Below, piece by piece: positions 24,019-36,472 of a DNA stretch of 64,000 bases (the stretch's first letter is position 1; each line of letters opens with the position of its first letter). The stretch covers positions 766,970 through 830,969 of the forward strand of contig JALDTO010000266.1 of assembly GCA_023515725.1 (NCBI GenBank), in the 5' to 3' direction. This DNA comes from Amoeboaphelidium protococcarum X5. Lineage: Eukaryota; Fungi; Aphelidiomycota. Below the pieces are notes generated by a model. That model was not told the origin of the DNA. It was given only the letters and a program-made list of their open reading frames with translations, and ran no database searches. The position numbers and the translations under genes were made by a program.

Positions 24019-25982
24019 TCAACTTGGACCAGATTCTTGATCATCAGCTTAAATATCATCCTGAGGAGAAGCCAACATATCTTCAACCAGATCAAACTTC
24101 TAATACTTATAAGTCAGACTCATCAGCGAAAATACAATGGCAGCAGCGAATATCAATGCGGCAAAGAAGAAGTACTCTGTAGAGTTGAGCTTAAATAGGG
24201 TGGCTTCAGCTAGCAAAACAACCACTAGATTTCCAATGGCAACTGTGAGCAGCCAGCAAGCCTGCATTACCGATTTCATTTAAGGCGGCGATTGGGAATA
24301 AGCAAACTCTAAGCCTGTAATACTAAACATTATCTCGCCAGCTGTAAGTACGACATACTGAGGGATCTACAGAGAGATATGAACACAACGTTAAACACAA
24401 AAGCCATTCTCATCAAATTGGCCATTCTAAATACCGACTTCGAGTAAAGCTGCCATAATGAAAGCCACACCAGTGAGAAACATTCCGATTGACATTCTCT
24501 ATAACGGTTTGATCTGCCATTTGAGATACTTGGCACAGAGCGGATATATAATCCTATCAAAGAGAGGAATCATCGCAAGAATAAGCAGAGCATTGACCAA
24601 TTGCATCTGATCGTACTTTATACGCCATTCCGCACCACCAGAAAGACGAACAATTGGATCCATCTTCTTGGCCTGAGCAACCCAACGGGAGCTCTACTAA
24701 TCATACAGAGTCCAAAAGAAGGGAAGAGGTAGGAACATGTATAGCACTGACAGAACTGATTTGACTTGTTAGATCACTTGTGGACTGTACGCTGCTGAAG
24801 CATAATTTAACCAATGGTCAGTGACGAGTACGGTATTCTCTTGAGATTGAGCATGAAGAAGATTCTCCACAGAGCCCACGGGACTACTGACAGGAGTCTT
24901 TTTTAAGCGAATAATCTCGGCATTTCTATCCATCATCGGCGAGGTGACAATACTTGGTGACTTCATAATGCCCGCTCTAACTGTTGAGTTATCTAAAGCG
25001 CGATTACCATTGCTATCACTTTCATTGATGTCCAGTTCACTTCCTGCAACATCAGATAAGCGCTAATATTGGTTTCTAGATTGATATTTATTAAATAAAG
25101 CAGTTTTAACCACAGAGTACAAAAGCATTAAAGAATTTTCGCCAATCGGAATCTTTTTATACCGACCACCCATATTACCAAGTACAAATATAATAGTGGC
25201 CACCACCATTAATACGGCAGGTACGCCAAAAGCCAAAGGAAAACAACTATCTAATCCAAAACATTTCATGGAGCGCAATTCAGGTGTAACAAATGTGCTC
25301 AGCAGAGATCCAGAGTTGATAGAAAAGTAGAACATACTGAAGAATCTCTGGATCTACAATGTCTAATCTGCCTCAAACTAATCTCCTCCAAAAGAACTCA
25401 CATTAGACTTTATACCGCCAGTACCAACGGCAAGTAGCAAAAGTCCTATAAGGGCACCCCAACTACACAATTTCATTAAAAATTGATGTGATTTGAAGAA
25501 TGTAAGGAAATAATAAACTAAAATCTTACGCTTAGGGAGGATTTCCAGTAACGTAAGGAATCGATGTGACAGCCAGGATGAGATTACCCACACAGTAGAC
25601 TAAAGAGAGATTGAAAATGGTTCGGTACTTACCCCAATACGAGTCGCCTAAAATACCACCGATCAGTGGGAAGAAGTAGGCAAACATTCCAAAAGAATGT
25701 ACCACTTGCACGGCTTTACTCTCAGTCATGAGCAAGTAGCTAGTCAGATAGACAAACAGCACAGTCTTCATGCCATAAAAGGAGAACCTCTCACAAAATT
25801 CATTGCCAATGATAAAGTACACAGCAGTTGGGAACTTCTACTCTTACACACACACACATGAACATGATATGGCACTGGTTGATGATTCAGTAACAAAATC
25901 TTACATCTTTTTGTGGGACTTATACCTATGAGAAATTGATACCCAGATCGTCATCCACAATCGATCCATCGTCTATATCCAT
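24019..25982 (-). CDS. PTR2: POT/PTR-family proton-coupled oligopeptide transporter (spliced)
   Basis: NEFCERFSFYGM, GTGGIKSNVSSFGGDQF, FYFSINSGS motifs; introns near 25845-25904 and 25463-25530. Confidence 0.9.
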
Positions 25983-26244
25983 ACTTGGACTGAATATGAT
26001 CAAGTATGCAAGATGAGAACAATTGAAATTGTTTCAGCGATAAAAGCGAAAATCGTTTCAGTCAGAGAACGAATGATGACTGCAAGAGCTTACTTACTTA
26101 CAATCCTCGTTTCAGCTCTGTTCATAAGGAGTGCATAGTTCATCAAAAGTTAAAGAAAAATTAGCTAAAAGAGTAAGAATAATATCTAAATGTATATCAT
26201 ATATATTCAATTACCTTCATTGTTGGTAATACGAATAGCGGGTA

Positions 26245-26784
26245 TCAGAGCTTGAATAAGTGAGTGTAGATTCGGGACGTCTCGTGGACTGGCATCTCGT
26301 TCGACTTGAAGTCGTTGAGCTCCCTCTTGATCATCATAGCAATAGCAGGAGTCAGGTGTAGAACAAAGTCAGATTTACGGTCATAGTCTTCTCTGTGATG
26401 AGCTTCACCTACCAGAACAACCTCATTGAATCTGAATTGATTACTTTATTTCTTGGATGAAGCATTACGCGACTTTTTCAAGCAACTTTTAACGCGAGGA
26501 CTCTCAGAGGATGAAGCAGACGATGAAACAGAGTCGATATCCATTGCATCAACATCCACAATATCTCGCTCAGGAATAGAGTGTTTTAATGCAGCATTCA
26601 GTGCCATTCTGAGAGAGTACACAGCATTAGCAGCAGTGAATGAGTTGCTTCTTCTCAGCATCTTTCTACTCTCGGTATTCGACTGGGAGGATGGAGCTGC
26701 ATTGCTACTGCTCAGCGCGCGACGATGTTGTGCCACCTTGTTACCAGATCTCAATTGCAATTCTCTTTAAGCTACTGCAACCAT
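26245..26784 (-). CDS. PP1-binding protein with Phactr/Bni4/Afr1-type C-terminal domain (179 aa)
   Basis: KSCLK...FRFNEVVLV...EDYDRK...LTPAIAMMIKRELNDFKSNEMPVHETSRIYTH. Confidence 0.8.
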
Positions 26785-27016
26785 TTTGGATGTGTAAGAT
26801 ATATTAGTTTGAGGATATTAGAATATAATATTTGACGTGTTATATATTATTGTAATGAAGAATAAAGAGATGAGTTGAAGTGAGGATCATCATATCCAGC
26901 TAAGCTTTACCAAAATAGTAACACTCGGATCAATAAGGCAACATTTGTGCATATTCTAGAATACCTAGTTTTTTATTTTAAGTAACACACATCAATTGTA
27001 CTTGGACAGGAGTTCA

Positions 27017-28156
27017 TCACACATCTGACAGAGAATTGACAGACAATAGTTCAGAGACCCAGTCAGGTGTAGGAGACACTATATCGAAAGGCAGTTCAGG
27101 ATCCAAAGACTTGAGCCTAAACGCGTGTAAGAAAATGAACTAACTCTCGAACGGCAAAGTTTCCCACGCGACGCCACCACATTCGGCACATTGATGTGTT
27201 TCACTCGATTTCAATTTCTCTTCTTCAGCCATTCTTTGATTTCGTTTCACTTCGGCTCTGTTAAAAAGTGTTTCAGGTGATATTAAATCATCGTGGGTGG
27301 TAGAATCCTGTGACCATAGACCATCATCGTTATTGTAAATGCTATCATTAACAATGGGATGTCCAAGATACCGAAGATGGATGCGTATCTAGTGCGATCT
27401 GCCAGTAATCGGTTTACATTGAACGATCGAATGATCAATAGTTTCATCATACGCCAGACGCGTGAACTCTGTCTCTGCATATTTCCCATCCACAGGATCT
27501 ACTGCATGTATGGTCATTGGAATATTAACACACCGCACTTTCTACTTTACCACGACATTCCTTAAAGGAAACCGTCCCTTAACCCGGGCATAGTACAGCT
27601 TTTCTATTCTGTTACAAGTGAACAGTTATTGAAGCCTAGCGGCGGCAATCTTAGATTTAGCAAAACATATCAAGCCAGATGTGAGGCGATCCAACCGATG
27701 TACTGGCATAATGTATCGGTCGTCTTTATAACAATTTTTAATCTATTCGTGCATGGAATTCTTGTAGTATCTACCAGCCGGATGAACAGGTATACCAGGA
27801 GGCTTTAAAAACACAGACATCATTTCATTATCCACCAGAGGCGTAAATGAAGCTGCTACTACAGGCGGTTCATGTCGATGCACCCGATGTATAATCTAAT
27901 CTCCAGACTAAATAATGTAATCTTGGCATACAGCCACAGGCTACTGTGACTTTACAGATTAAATCAAAATATTGCCGCGTTCAATTTATCGCTAATATTC
28001 TATTGGACTCTTATCACGATACTCTGACGAATACATTGCCAATAATTTTTGCCCGATCCACCTTTCCTTTGCAAACGCCTTATACTCATAATAGTAAGGC
28101 TCTACTCTTAAAATCTATTCAAATTAATCGCCCTGTTCTTCCTATACGACCGTCAT
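27017..28156 (-). CDS. RluA-family pseudouridine synthase (Rib2/Pus9-like, ~379 aa)
   Basis: HRHEPPV, KPPGIPVHP, HRLDRLTSG (catalytic Asp), TGRSHQIRIHL...GHPIVND. Absent from the ORF track. Confidence 0.92.
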
Positions 28157-28319
28157 TTTGACTAACGCGACAAAGCAGAGGACGGTATAAGATTTTCGTT
28201 CAATCCCTCTCAGACAGACAGGGAGGGAGATCTTCACTGACTGAAAAATTGATAAAAATCCAATTTGCACCTTCTTTTCATATCTTTGAGAGAGTAAAAT
28301 CAATTTAAATTTGAGCTAG

Positions 28320-31300
28320 ATGAAGCAAGATTCGCATTAATTGCAATACAATACGCTGGAGAGAGAGCTTACTGCTAAACTGCCTCCTACCACCTCGCAG
28401 GTGTCTGATTTACACGAACTCATTCGCCCACATCTGGACTCATTCAATGCAATCACTGAGCTGAGTGGTGATGGTGCACCGCTTAAAGGCAAGAGCGCGA
28501 AAATGGGATTGCTTGATCTATCCGTAGCTGATATTGATCCCAAGGAGGTGAGAGACCATCACGGCAACCGCATCAGATATTGGTATGAAGACGTGCGCAT
28601 CGGTCCTCCCAAGCTTGATGACTCGAATCGACGCGCCATTGATCGCCGCATGATGCCCACAGAATGCCGTGAACGCGGTCTCACGTACGAAGGACCTCTG
28701 AGTGCTACTATCAAGTATGAGATTAATGGAGTTATTCACTCTATTGACAACAAGTAGCTGGGTATGACTCCTATCATGGTCAAATCTAATTTGTGTCACT
28801 TGTATGGTATGAATCCGCAGCAGTTGATCAAGAGTCATGAAGAGAGTGAAGAATTGGGTGGCTACTTTATTATTAATGGAATCGAAAAGTTGGTCCGCCT
28901 GCTTATTGTCAATAGAAGAAATCATCCTATGGCTATAGTGCGTCCGTCTTTTCAAAAGCGTGGTGCAACTTACTCTAATTACGGAGTGATGATTAGATGT
29001 GTGCGACCTGATCAGACCAGTCACAGTGTTACCATCCACTATCTAACAGATGGTAATATCACATTCAGGTTCACATATCGTAAGTAAGAGTACATGTTGC
29101 CAGCGGTAATGGTTATGAAGGCCCTGGTGTCTTGCACTGACAAGGAGATCTATGAGTCTATCGTGCAAAGAGATCATGATAACACGTTCATCACTGATCG
29201 TGTAGAGATGATGTTGCGTCAGTTCAAGAACTATTCACTGAATACACAGTCATAGTGCGTTGCCTTTATAGGTAGTAAATTTAGAGCTGTATTGGAGCAG
29301 CCTGAAGATGCTACGGATTATGAGGTGGGATAGAAGCTGCTGTAGAAAGTAGTCTTTGTTCATCTGCAGGATAATCGCGATAAGTTTAATCTCCTGATTT
29401 ATATGATCTAGAAACTGTATGCTGTGGTGAGTGGCGATGCTTGTCCGGATAGCCCGGATTCTCCTCAGCATTAGGAAGTGCTATTGGGTGGATTTTTGTA
29501 TAGCATGATTCTGAAAGAGAAGCTGGAGGACTATTTGCTGTCCATCAAGCAGGTGTTGTAGATGGAGCTTCGGCGTAATAAAAGCGTGGACTTTTTGGAA
29601 GCCAAAGTGTTTACGCGTGCTGCAAATAAAGCCACGTCGAATATTGGTAAAATGTTGAACTACTTTCTGGCCACCGGTAATTTACTATCGAGTACTGGTC
29701 TGGATCTATCCTAGGCATCTGGATATTCTATTGTTGCTGAAAAGTTGAATTACTTTCGGTACATGGCGCATTTTAGATCTATTCATCGTGGTGCTTTCTT
29801 TGCCGAACTGAAGACCACCGCAGTCAGAAAGCTATTGCCTGAGGCGTGGGGTTTTCTATGTCCGATCCATACACCTGATGGTAGTCCGTGTGGGTTGCTG
29901 AATCATTTGGCACATAGATGTAAAGTGACCACGGAGGTTTTGGATGTATCTGCGGTGGAGCCTCTGCTCGTAGAAATGGGAATGAAGCCAGTGCTGAAAG
30001 GAGCGATTGAAGGCATTGCTGGTAAAAGTTGTTAGAAGATTGTGCTGGATGGCAAAGTTATTGGATACTGTACGCCGGAGCTGTTGCGTGATATTGCCAA
30101 GAAGTTGAGGTATCTTAAGGTGACCAAGCAGTTCAATATTCCTCTCGATCTTGAGATTGGATACGTGCCTACATCGCGTGGTGGTCAGTATAGTGGATTA
30201 TGTATGTTTTCTACTCCCACAAGATTTATGCGCCCAGTCAAATATCTTGGTAATGATCAGTTGGATATGGTTGGATCTTATGAGCAGGTATTCATGGATA
30301 TTGCCTGCATGGAAGAGGATGTGGTTACTGGAATCACCACGCACATTGAATTTGATCCAACTGACATTCTATCCATCATGGCCAATCTGACACCTTTTTC
30401 TGATTAGAATCAGAGTTGTCGTGTCATTTATAATGCTTAGTAGAGTAAGCAGAGTATGAGTAATCCATTGCATGCTTATCCGTACAGATCAGATAATAAG
30501 CTGTATAGATTGATTACGTGTCAATCTCCTATTGTGCGTCCAAAGCTGTATGGCAACTATGGCGTGGATAATTATCCTGGTGGTTTCAATTCTATCGTCG
30601 CTGTCATATCGTATACGGGCTATGATATGGAAGATGCGATGATTCTTAATAAGAAATCTTACGATTTTGGCTTCATGCATGGTGTTATTATGAAGCATGA
30701 GTACGTGGATTTGGGTGAGATGCGGGTACGCGGTGAAAGTATTATTCATCACTTTCGGTGCACAGATACAAAAAAGTTGGGCAAGGATAAGCTGGGGCCT
30801 GATGGCCTGCCCCTGGTTGGAGTAAAGCTGTCCAATGGAGATCCGTATTATAGCTATGTGATTGACACTACGGGAGAGTGTAAAGTGGTCAAGTACAAAG
30901 GACTTGAGGATGCAGTAGTTGAAGACGTTCGCCTCATTGGAATCGATGCTGGTACTCAGGAGCTGCAGAAGATTGGTATTAAATTGCGTGTCAACCGTAA
31001 TCCGGTCATTGGGGATAAATTCTCTTCTCGTCACGGTTAGAAAGGTATCTGCTCTTAGAAATATCAGGTTGTCAACCTTCCATTCACTGAAAGTGGAATT
31101 ATGCCTGATCTTATAATAAATGCGCATGCCTTCCCATCGCGTATGACGATCGGATAGTTTGTGGAGAGTATGGGCGCAAAGGCTGGTGCTGCTCTTGGTA
31201 AGTGTTATGACGCGACTCCGTTCAAGTTTAATGAATAGGATACCATCGTTGACTATTTTGGAGAGTAGTTGCGAGAGGCTGGATTCAATTACTATGGCAA

Positions 31301-31829
31301 TGAACCGATGTATAGTGGTATCACGGGTGAAGAGTTGAATGTTGACATCTATATTGGTATTGTGATGTATCAACGTCTAAGACACATGGTGTCTGATAAG
31401 TATCAGGTCAGAACCACAGGTCCTATTGATAATCTCACTCATCAACCAGTGAAGGGAAGAAAGCGTGCCGGTGGTATCAGATTTGGTGAAATGGAGCGTG
31501 ATAGTCTTCTTGCGCATGGTGTATCGTTTTGTCTGCAAGATCGTCTGATGAACTGCTCTGATTACTCTGTTGCTCATGTTTGCAAGCCGTGTGGTAGTAT
31601 CTTGTCTCCATCGCCTGCCCCACCACAGTAGTAAAAGTCATTGCCGTCATTAAATGCTGACGGAGTGTCTTTGTAGTCATCACTTTAATAATCAGGTGAA
31701 TCCAAGATCATTTGTAGCCTCTGTAAGAAATCTGACGGCATTGATGTTGTGGCGATTCCATACGTGTTCAGGTATCTATCGACAGAACTCATGGCCATGA
31801 ACATACGCATGAAACTTGAAGTGAAATGA
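28320..31829 (+). CDS. RPA135: RNA polymerase I second-largest subunit (~1169 aa)
   Basis: [50 protein letters not shown] (Q=TAG), [11 protein letters not shown]; one frame. Confidence 0.97.
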
Positions 31830-32162
31830 GTTGAAATCACTTGAGCATGAATAATAATTTTACTTAATTGGGATTTAAGCTTTACGGAAGTGATGATAAG
31901 ATTTTATTAGTTATTGATGAAAGTATCAATCAATCTACTTTATATCTCGAGTTTTTATTACAGCCATGTGTGTTCAGTAAATCAACGGACTCAATGTCAC
32001 ATGCGGTTGCAGCCCCTTGTTTGAAAGTCCGACGCGTTTGATATAGCATGATCAAAGCGCAAGAACCGATAACTTTTCCACAAGCAAGTCATTAATTATT
32101 AGATATATTTAGGAGTGAATACTCAACGCGATATTTTCCTCATAGCTTCAAAATAGAATAAA

Positions 32163-34688
32163 ATGCTCTTGATATCTACCATACGATTCTCTGCTGTGAT
32201 ATTGATGGGCGCGTTAGTCTGCGCGAATCCAGGTGATGTTGATCTCGAAGTAGACGCTGATGGGCAGCCTCTATCCAAAGACACAACCTCGGATGGCAGT
32301 GACACGTTGGATTACGATAAATTTTTGCAAGTGATGAAAGTTATGAGTGCAGAGGGTCACTTAAACGATAGATCTAGTGGCGGTAATTTGCGTGCGACTA
32401 ACAAGTAAATGAGGGATGATTTCGATAATGCTGCGCTGCTACCCAAGTTTCATGCGAAGATCAACGACGCGGATCCGATTAAGCGTAATAGAAACCAAAA
32501 ATGGCTATAACACAATCTAGTTAACAAGGCAGGACGCGATCTTATCGATAAGGCTCCGGCGGATTGGTTTCATGGATCTGGTGAAGAGATGCAGAAGGCT
32601 TTTGATAAGACTTACACGGATCGCAGTTATTACTAACCACCTGAGCTAAATGAACGCTTAAAAGCCTAGTCGCTGATGAGCAAGATTGATTCTACGCAAT
32701 CTATGCAAGGTAGTAAGCGCGAATGTATTAGCTTGATCCCTGAGAATTTATGGTACAGTCTTTTCTTTTTTCGTGGCTATGAGTCTGGGGATGAGTACAT
32801 GGACCGTAGCATGGCATTTGTTTTCAAATCTCTGTATCAAGAAGGTAATTATGAAGGCTTTGCATGTGCTTACCATTATGTGAGGCGCTAACACGGAATG
32901 AAAGCTTACTAGTAAGTAGATTGGTACAAGAATTAGTTTGTATTGTATGCTGCTTAGCGCGATTCTGGTGATGTTAGAGTAGTAACAGCGTTTGAAAAGT
33001 ATAAAGTCATGCTGAGTATTGGGCTTAAAGGATATGAAAATCTCGATCTATTTTACACTTAATGTAGTGACTTGATGAAGCTCATCGTAACGGGGCAGGT
33101 ATCAGATGAATTTGCGCAGAAAGCTCTATTGCTTACCCATGATATTCTATTTCTATCCAAGATTATAATTGAATATTTGGAGGAGTATCAACTGAGTAGA
33201 AGGCAAAATTATCGCTCAGCTTTGAATCAACATTATTTGAACCTGGTGTTTGCAAGATTGGAATCATTATATGGGAAAACCTTGGATGAGAGACGTAAGT
33301 ATCAGTAGGAGTAGCGTGAGTAAAGCTTCTATAATTCTTACTCTAATAATTTCAGTTATTATGACAAAGAGTTAGATATCGCTGTTGCCAATGCTCGCAG
33401 GCAAGCTATTGTGGCAGGTATGATATAGGATATACCTTCTGTCACAATCACGTATGATGGATAGACTTTCGAATTGGCAGTCTCATCTGGAAGTTTGCCA
33501 ACAATAGTACATGTCATTTGGAAGATGGCTGATTCAAAGTCGTCAAATTAGCATTTGATGTTCCTCTATAAGAGGTTGGTCTTTGATTAAGTCATTTTAG
33601 ACCATGTTGCAACTCTATCTGAACTATGGTGTAAATTTGTCAATTACGTTAAATAAGAAATTCTCAAAAACCCTGGTAAAAACACCAAGGCGGAGTTGGC
33701 GCAGATGGATGAGCACCTATTGCGTCTGACGTTGTCCTCGTAATCAGAATAAAGCTTCCAAATGCTGTTCCCGGACTTGTCATAGGATTATGATGTATTG
33801 AGAGCCGCCTAGTCTGGATAGACTCCTCAGATCAAGCATAAATTGTCCAACTTTGCCGCTGGTGTTTTACTCAAGATGGCTGTTGAGAACGACAATATAA
33901 AATTGGCCGGTCAATTGATCAATTAGTAGTAGTCTATCTCTGCATCTGTACTTAACTCCTAAGCTTTGCGCGCCAAGTCTGAAGATATGCTTAAGCTCTT
34001 GATGTCTTCAGGCGCAGCTTTGAATGGCCGGCGTCCCCACAATGTTGATATGTATGCAATGTGGAAAAGTGGCCGAGTTTAAATCACTTAAAAGGAGTAT
34101 CCTGCTTTACTAGATGAATATAGCAAGAGACCAGATGTTGATATTGCCGATGGCGATGCACTGCTGTCTGAAGATTGGGAAAATAAATTGTCTAGCTTGA
34201 GTTATGCGTTGTACACCATTGTTGATTCTTACTCGTAATTGACATAGGCGTAGGTACAGAAGGCGTTAAAACTTATCCAGGCTGGCGCGGGAGATGGCGA
34301 AGACGATCTACAAATTAGCTCTAAAATCCTCAATACTAGAAATGAGATCTTAATGGATGCTTATTTTAGTCTGCACCCGGACAAGCTTTCGCGCCTTCTT
34401 GAGATGACTCTGCAACAATGTGTCGTGGATTTGGTCAAATTGATCATCAACTTCAAAGGTGGCCAGCTGATAACTATTGAAGAAATGAAGCTGACTCTAC
34501 AGCAGGTTGAAGGTAGCGATCAATGTCCAGAAGGTAAGAGTGTGATTAAGAAAGAGATAATGAAGCGACGCGTACAAGGCGCTAAGGCAAGCATCAACTA
34601 GTTTTCTAGTCGTGTGAAGTTTGGTGCTAAAAAAGTGTTCGGTAAGCAATCTAATAAGAAGGGAAATGCGTATGAAAAACTTGAATGA
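32163..34688 (+). CDS. Uncharacterised putative secreted protein (~841 aa) with degenerate ankyrin-like repeats in the C-terminal part
   Basis: Signal-peptide-like MLLISTIRFSAVILMGALVCA; four ORF-track pieces in one frame; LLKMAVENDNIKLAGQLI and ALRAKSEDMLKLLMSSGA segments. Confidence 0.7.
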
Positions 34689-35014
34689 GCTGAATGAGGG
34701 TTTAAAACTAAATGAGATGAAGATGATTAGGAAATACATTTTATAACGATAAGTCTTTTAAGCGCTACCATTCTAGCGTAGTATACACCAAGGAACCTAA
34801 CTCAAAGGATGTCCTTCCGGGATCGTCGAGCCGGTTCGCAAAGAATTTCAAGTTTCCCGTCGTTGACGCGAAACGAACGTTTGCAGTTTCTTCTCCTGGT
34901 TGAGAACAATAGCGGCTTTACTTCTCATTGTCACTCACCATCTTTTGAAATATCTTACACTCAATTATTGTATTCTATAATCTAAGAGTATTAAAATAAT
35001 TTTGGAGTTCTAAA

Positions 35015-36308
35015 ATGGATTTGGATGATATAAGTGATGACTTTTCACTTGATGATACTCTGTATGCAAAAGTATGATATTGACTATTATTCACTTGATA
35101 GATGGCATTTCTGACTGATATTGATAACCCGACTTAAAAGTAGAATAATCAAAATAGATACTATACTGAGGATGATGGTGATAAAAATATGGTGTGTTTT
35201 AATTGTGGAAATAGAGGACACGTTCGAGAGTTTTGTACCAAGCCTGTATGTTCATATTTTACTCTTTTATTCTAGATTCTAGACCATATTATGGAAGCCA
35301 TTTATCCTTGCATTATATAATGTAGTCACCGTGTTTTATGTGTGGATCTGATGAGCATTAGGCTAGTTAATGCATTACTGGTCTCTGTTATAATTGCTTT
35401 AGGCCTGGACATTCAAAACAAGTATTTATTATCTTATCGGCAGCTGTTGCATACTGTAATCGTCATGTGGCATCTATATTTTGTAGGATTGTCCAAAAAA
35501 GAGATGTGGAGCATATTGTAAATTGTGCAATCTGGATGGTCATGATGAGACTTGCTGCCCTGATATGTGGCGGTCATATTTACGCGTCAAGTCGCCTGAA
35601 AAGATGGTCAAGGTAATTTGGAGTCTCACTTATCGCGACATTAGAATTACATTATGATATAAATGTTATTACTGTCTGATGATAAGTCACGTGTAGGATG
35701 TTAACGTATTTTGTTACAATTGCGCATCCTCATCCCATTTTGGTGATGATTGTCAACGGCCACTTAATAGAGGACTCAACCGACTGCCTATGAAGTAGTT
35801 CAGTTCATTCATCAGTGACCGTAGACTTGCGGATGTTGGATATAAAGGGAGGAATTTTAGAGATGAATCTACTCTGTAGACATTACAGATATCTAGTCCG
35901 CGTAAGAGTAATTATGGAAGACCGTACAGTTCAGGTAAGTCATTTTAATCGTAATAATCTTCATCTTCATCGTCTTTAGGTGGAACTTTGTTCTCTGGCG
36001 GAACCGGTTATTAGTAGTAATAGTAGACACAGCCTCAGTTTGGATTTGAGGCATAGTATGGCGGATAGTAATAGTAATAATAATCACTGTTAATACCACT
36101 CCAGCAGGCATATCAAGGGAATAATTATGCTCAGGGAAATAATTTTCAATTCAACTCTACTAATGGAAATGGGTATGATTATCAAAATGGTGGTTCTTAT
36201 GGCTAAGGATCATATGCGAATACAAATTCACAGTTCAATAGATCTAAATCATCGGGTAATGGGAAATAGTTTAATAGAAAATATCGTGGTGGATATCGCC
36301 CATATTGA
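35015..36308 (+). CDS. CCHC zinc-knuckle protein, Air1/Air2/ZCCHC7-like (multi-exon)
   Basis: Five CX2CX4HX4C knuckles, CPDMWRSY (IWRxY-type motif), FCYNCASSSHFGDDC; several GT-AG introns; Q/N/G-rich tail. Confidence 0.85.
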
Positions 36309-36472
36309 CTGATATCAGCGCATTTAGATGCGATAATCATTCATAATTCCGTTAATCAATTTAGAAGTCTTCAGTATGTGAGAATAAAATTTGCATTTGA
36401 TTGCATGGAAAAAGCTTTGAAGTAAATAAATGCTTGGTAATCCTTAATGAGTATTTCATTATTCAAGTTTAA

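Noticed and set aside
30489-31373. 294-aa minus-strand ORF and other antisense ORFs in the track (e.g. 28518-29039, 59647-60744)
   Set aside because: They are shadow frames of RPA135 and homocitrate synthase with no recognisable motifs.
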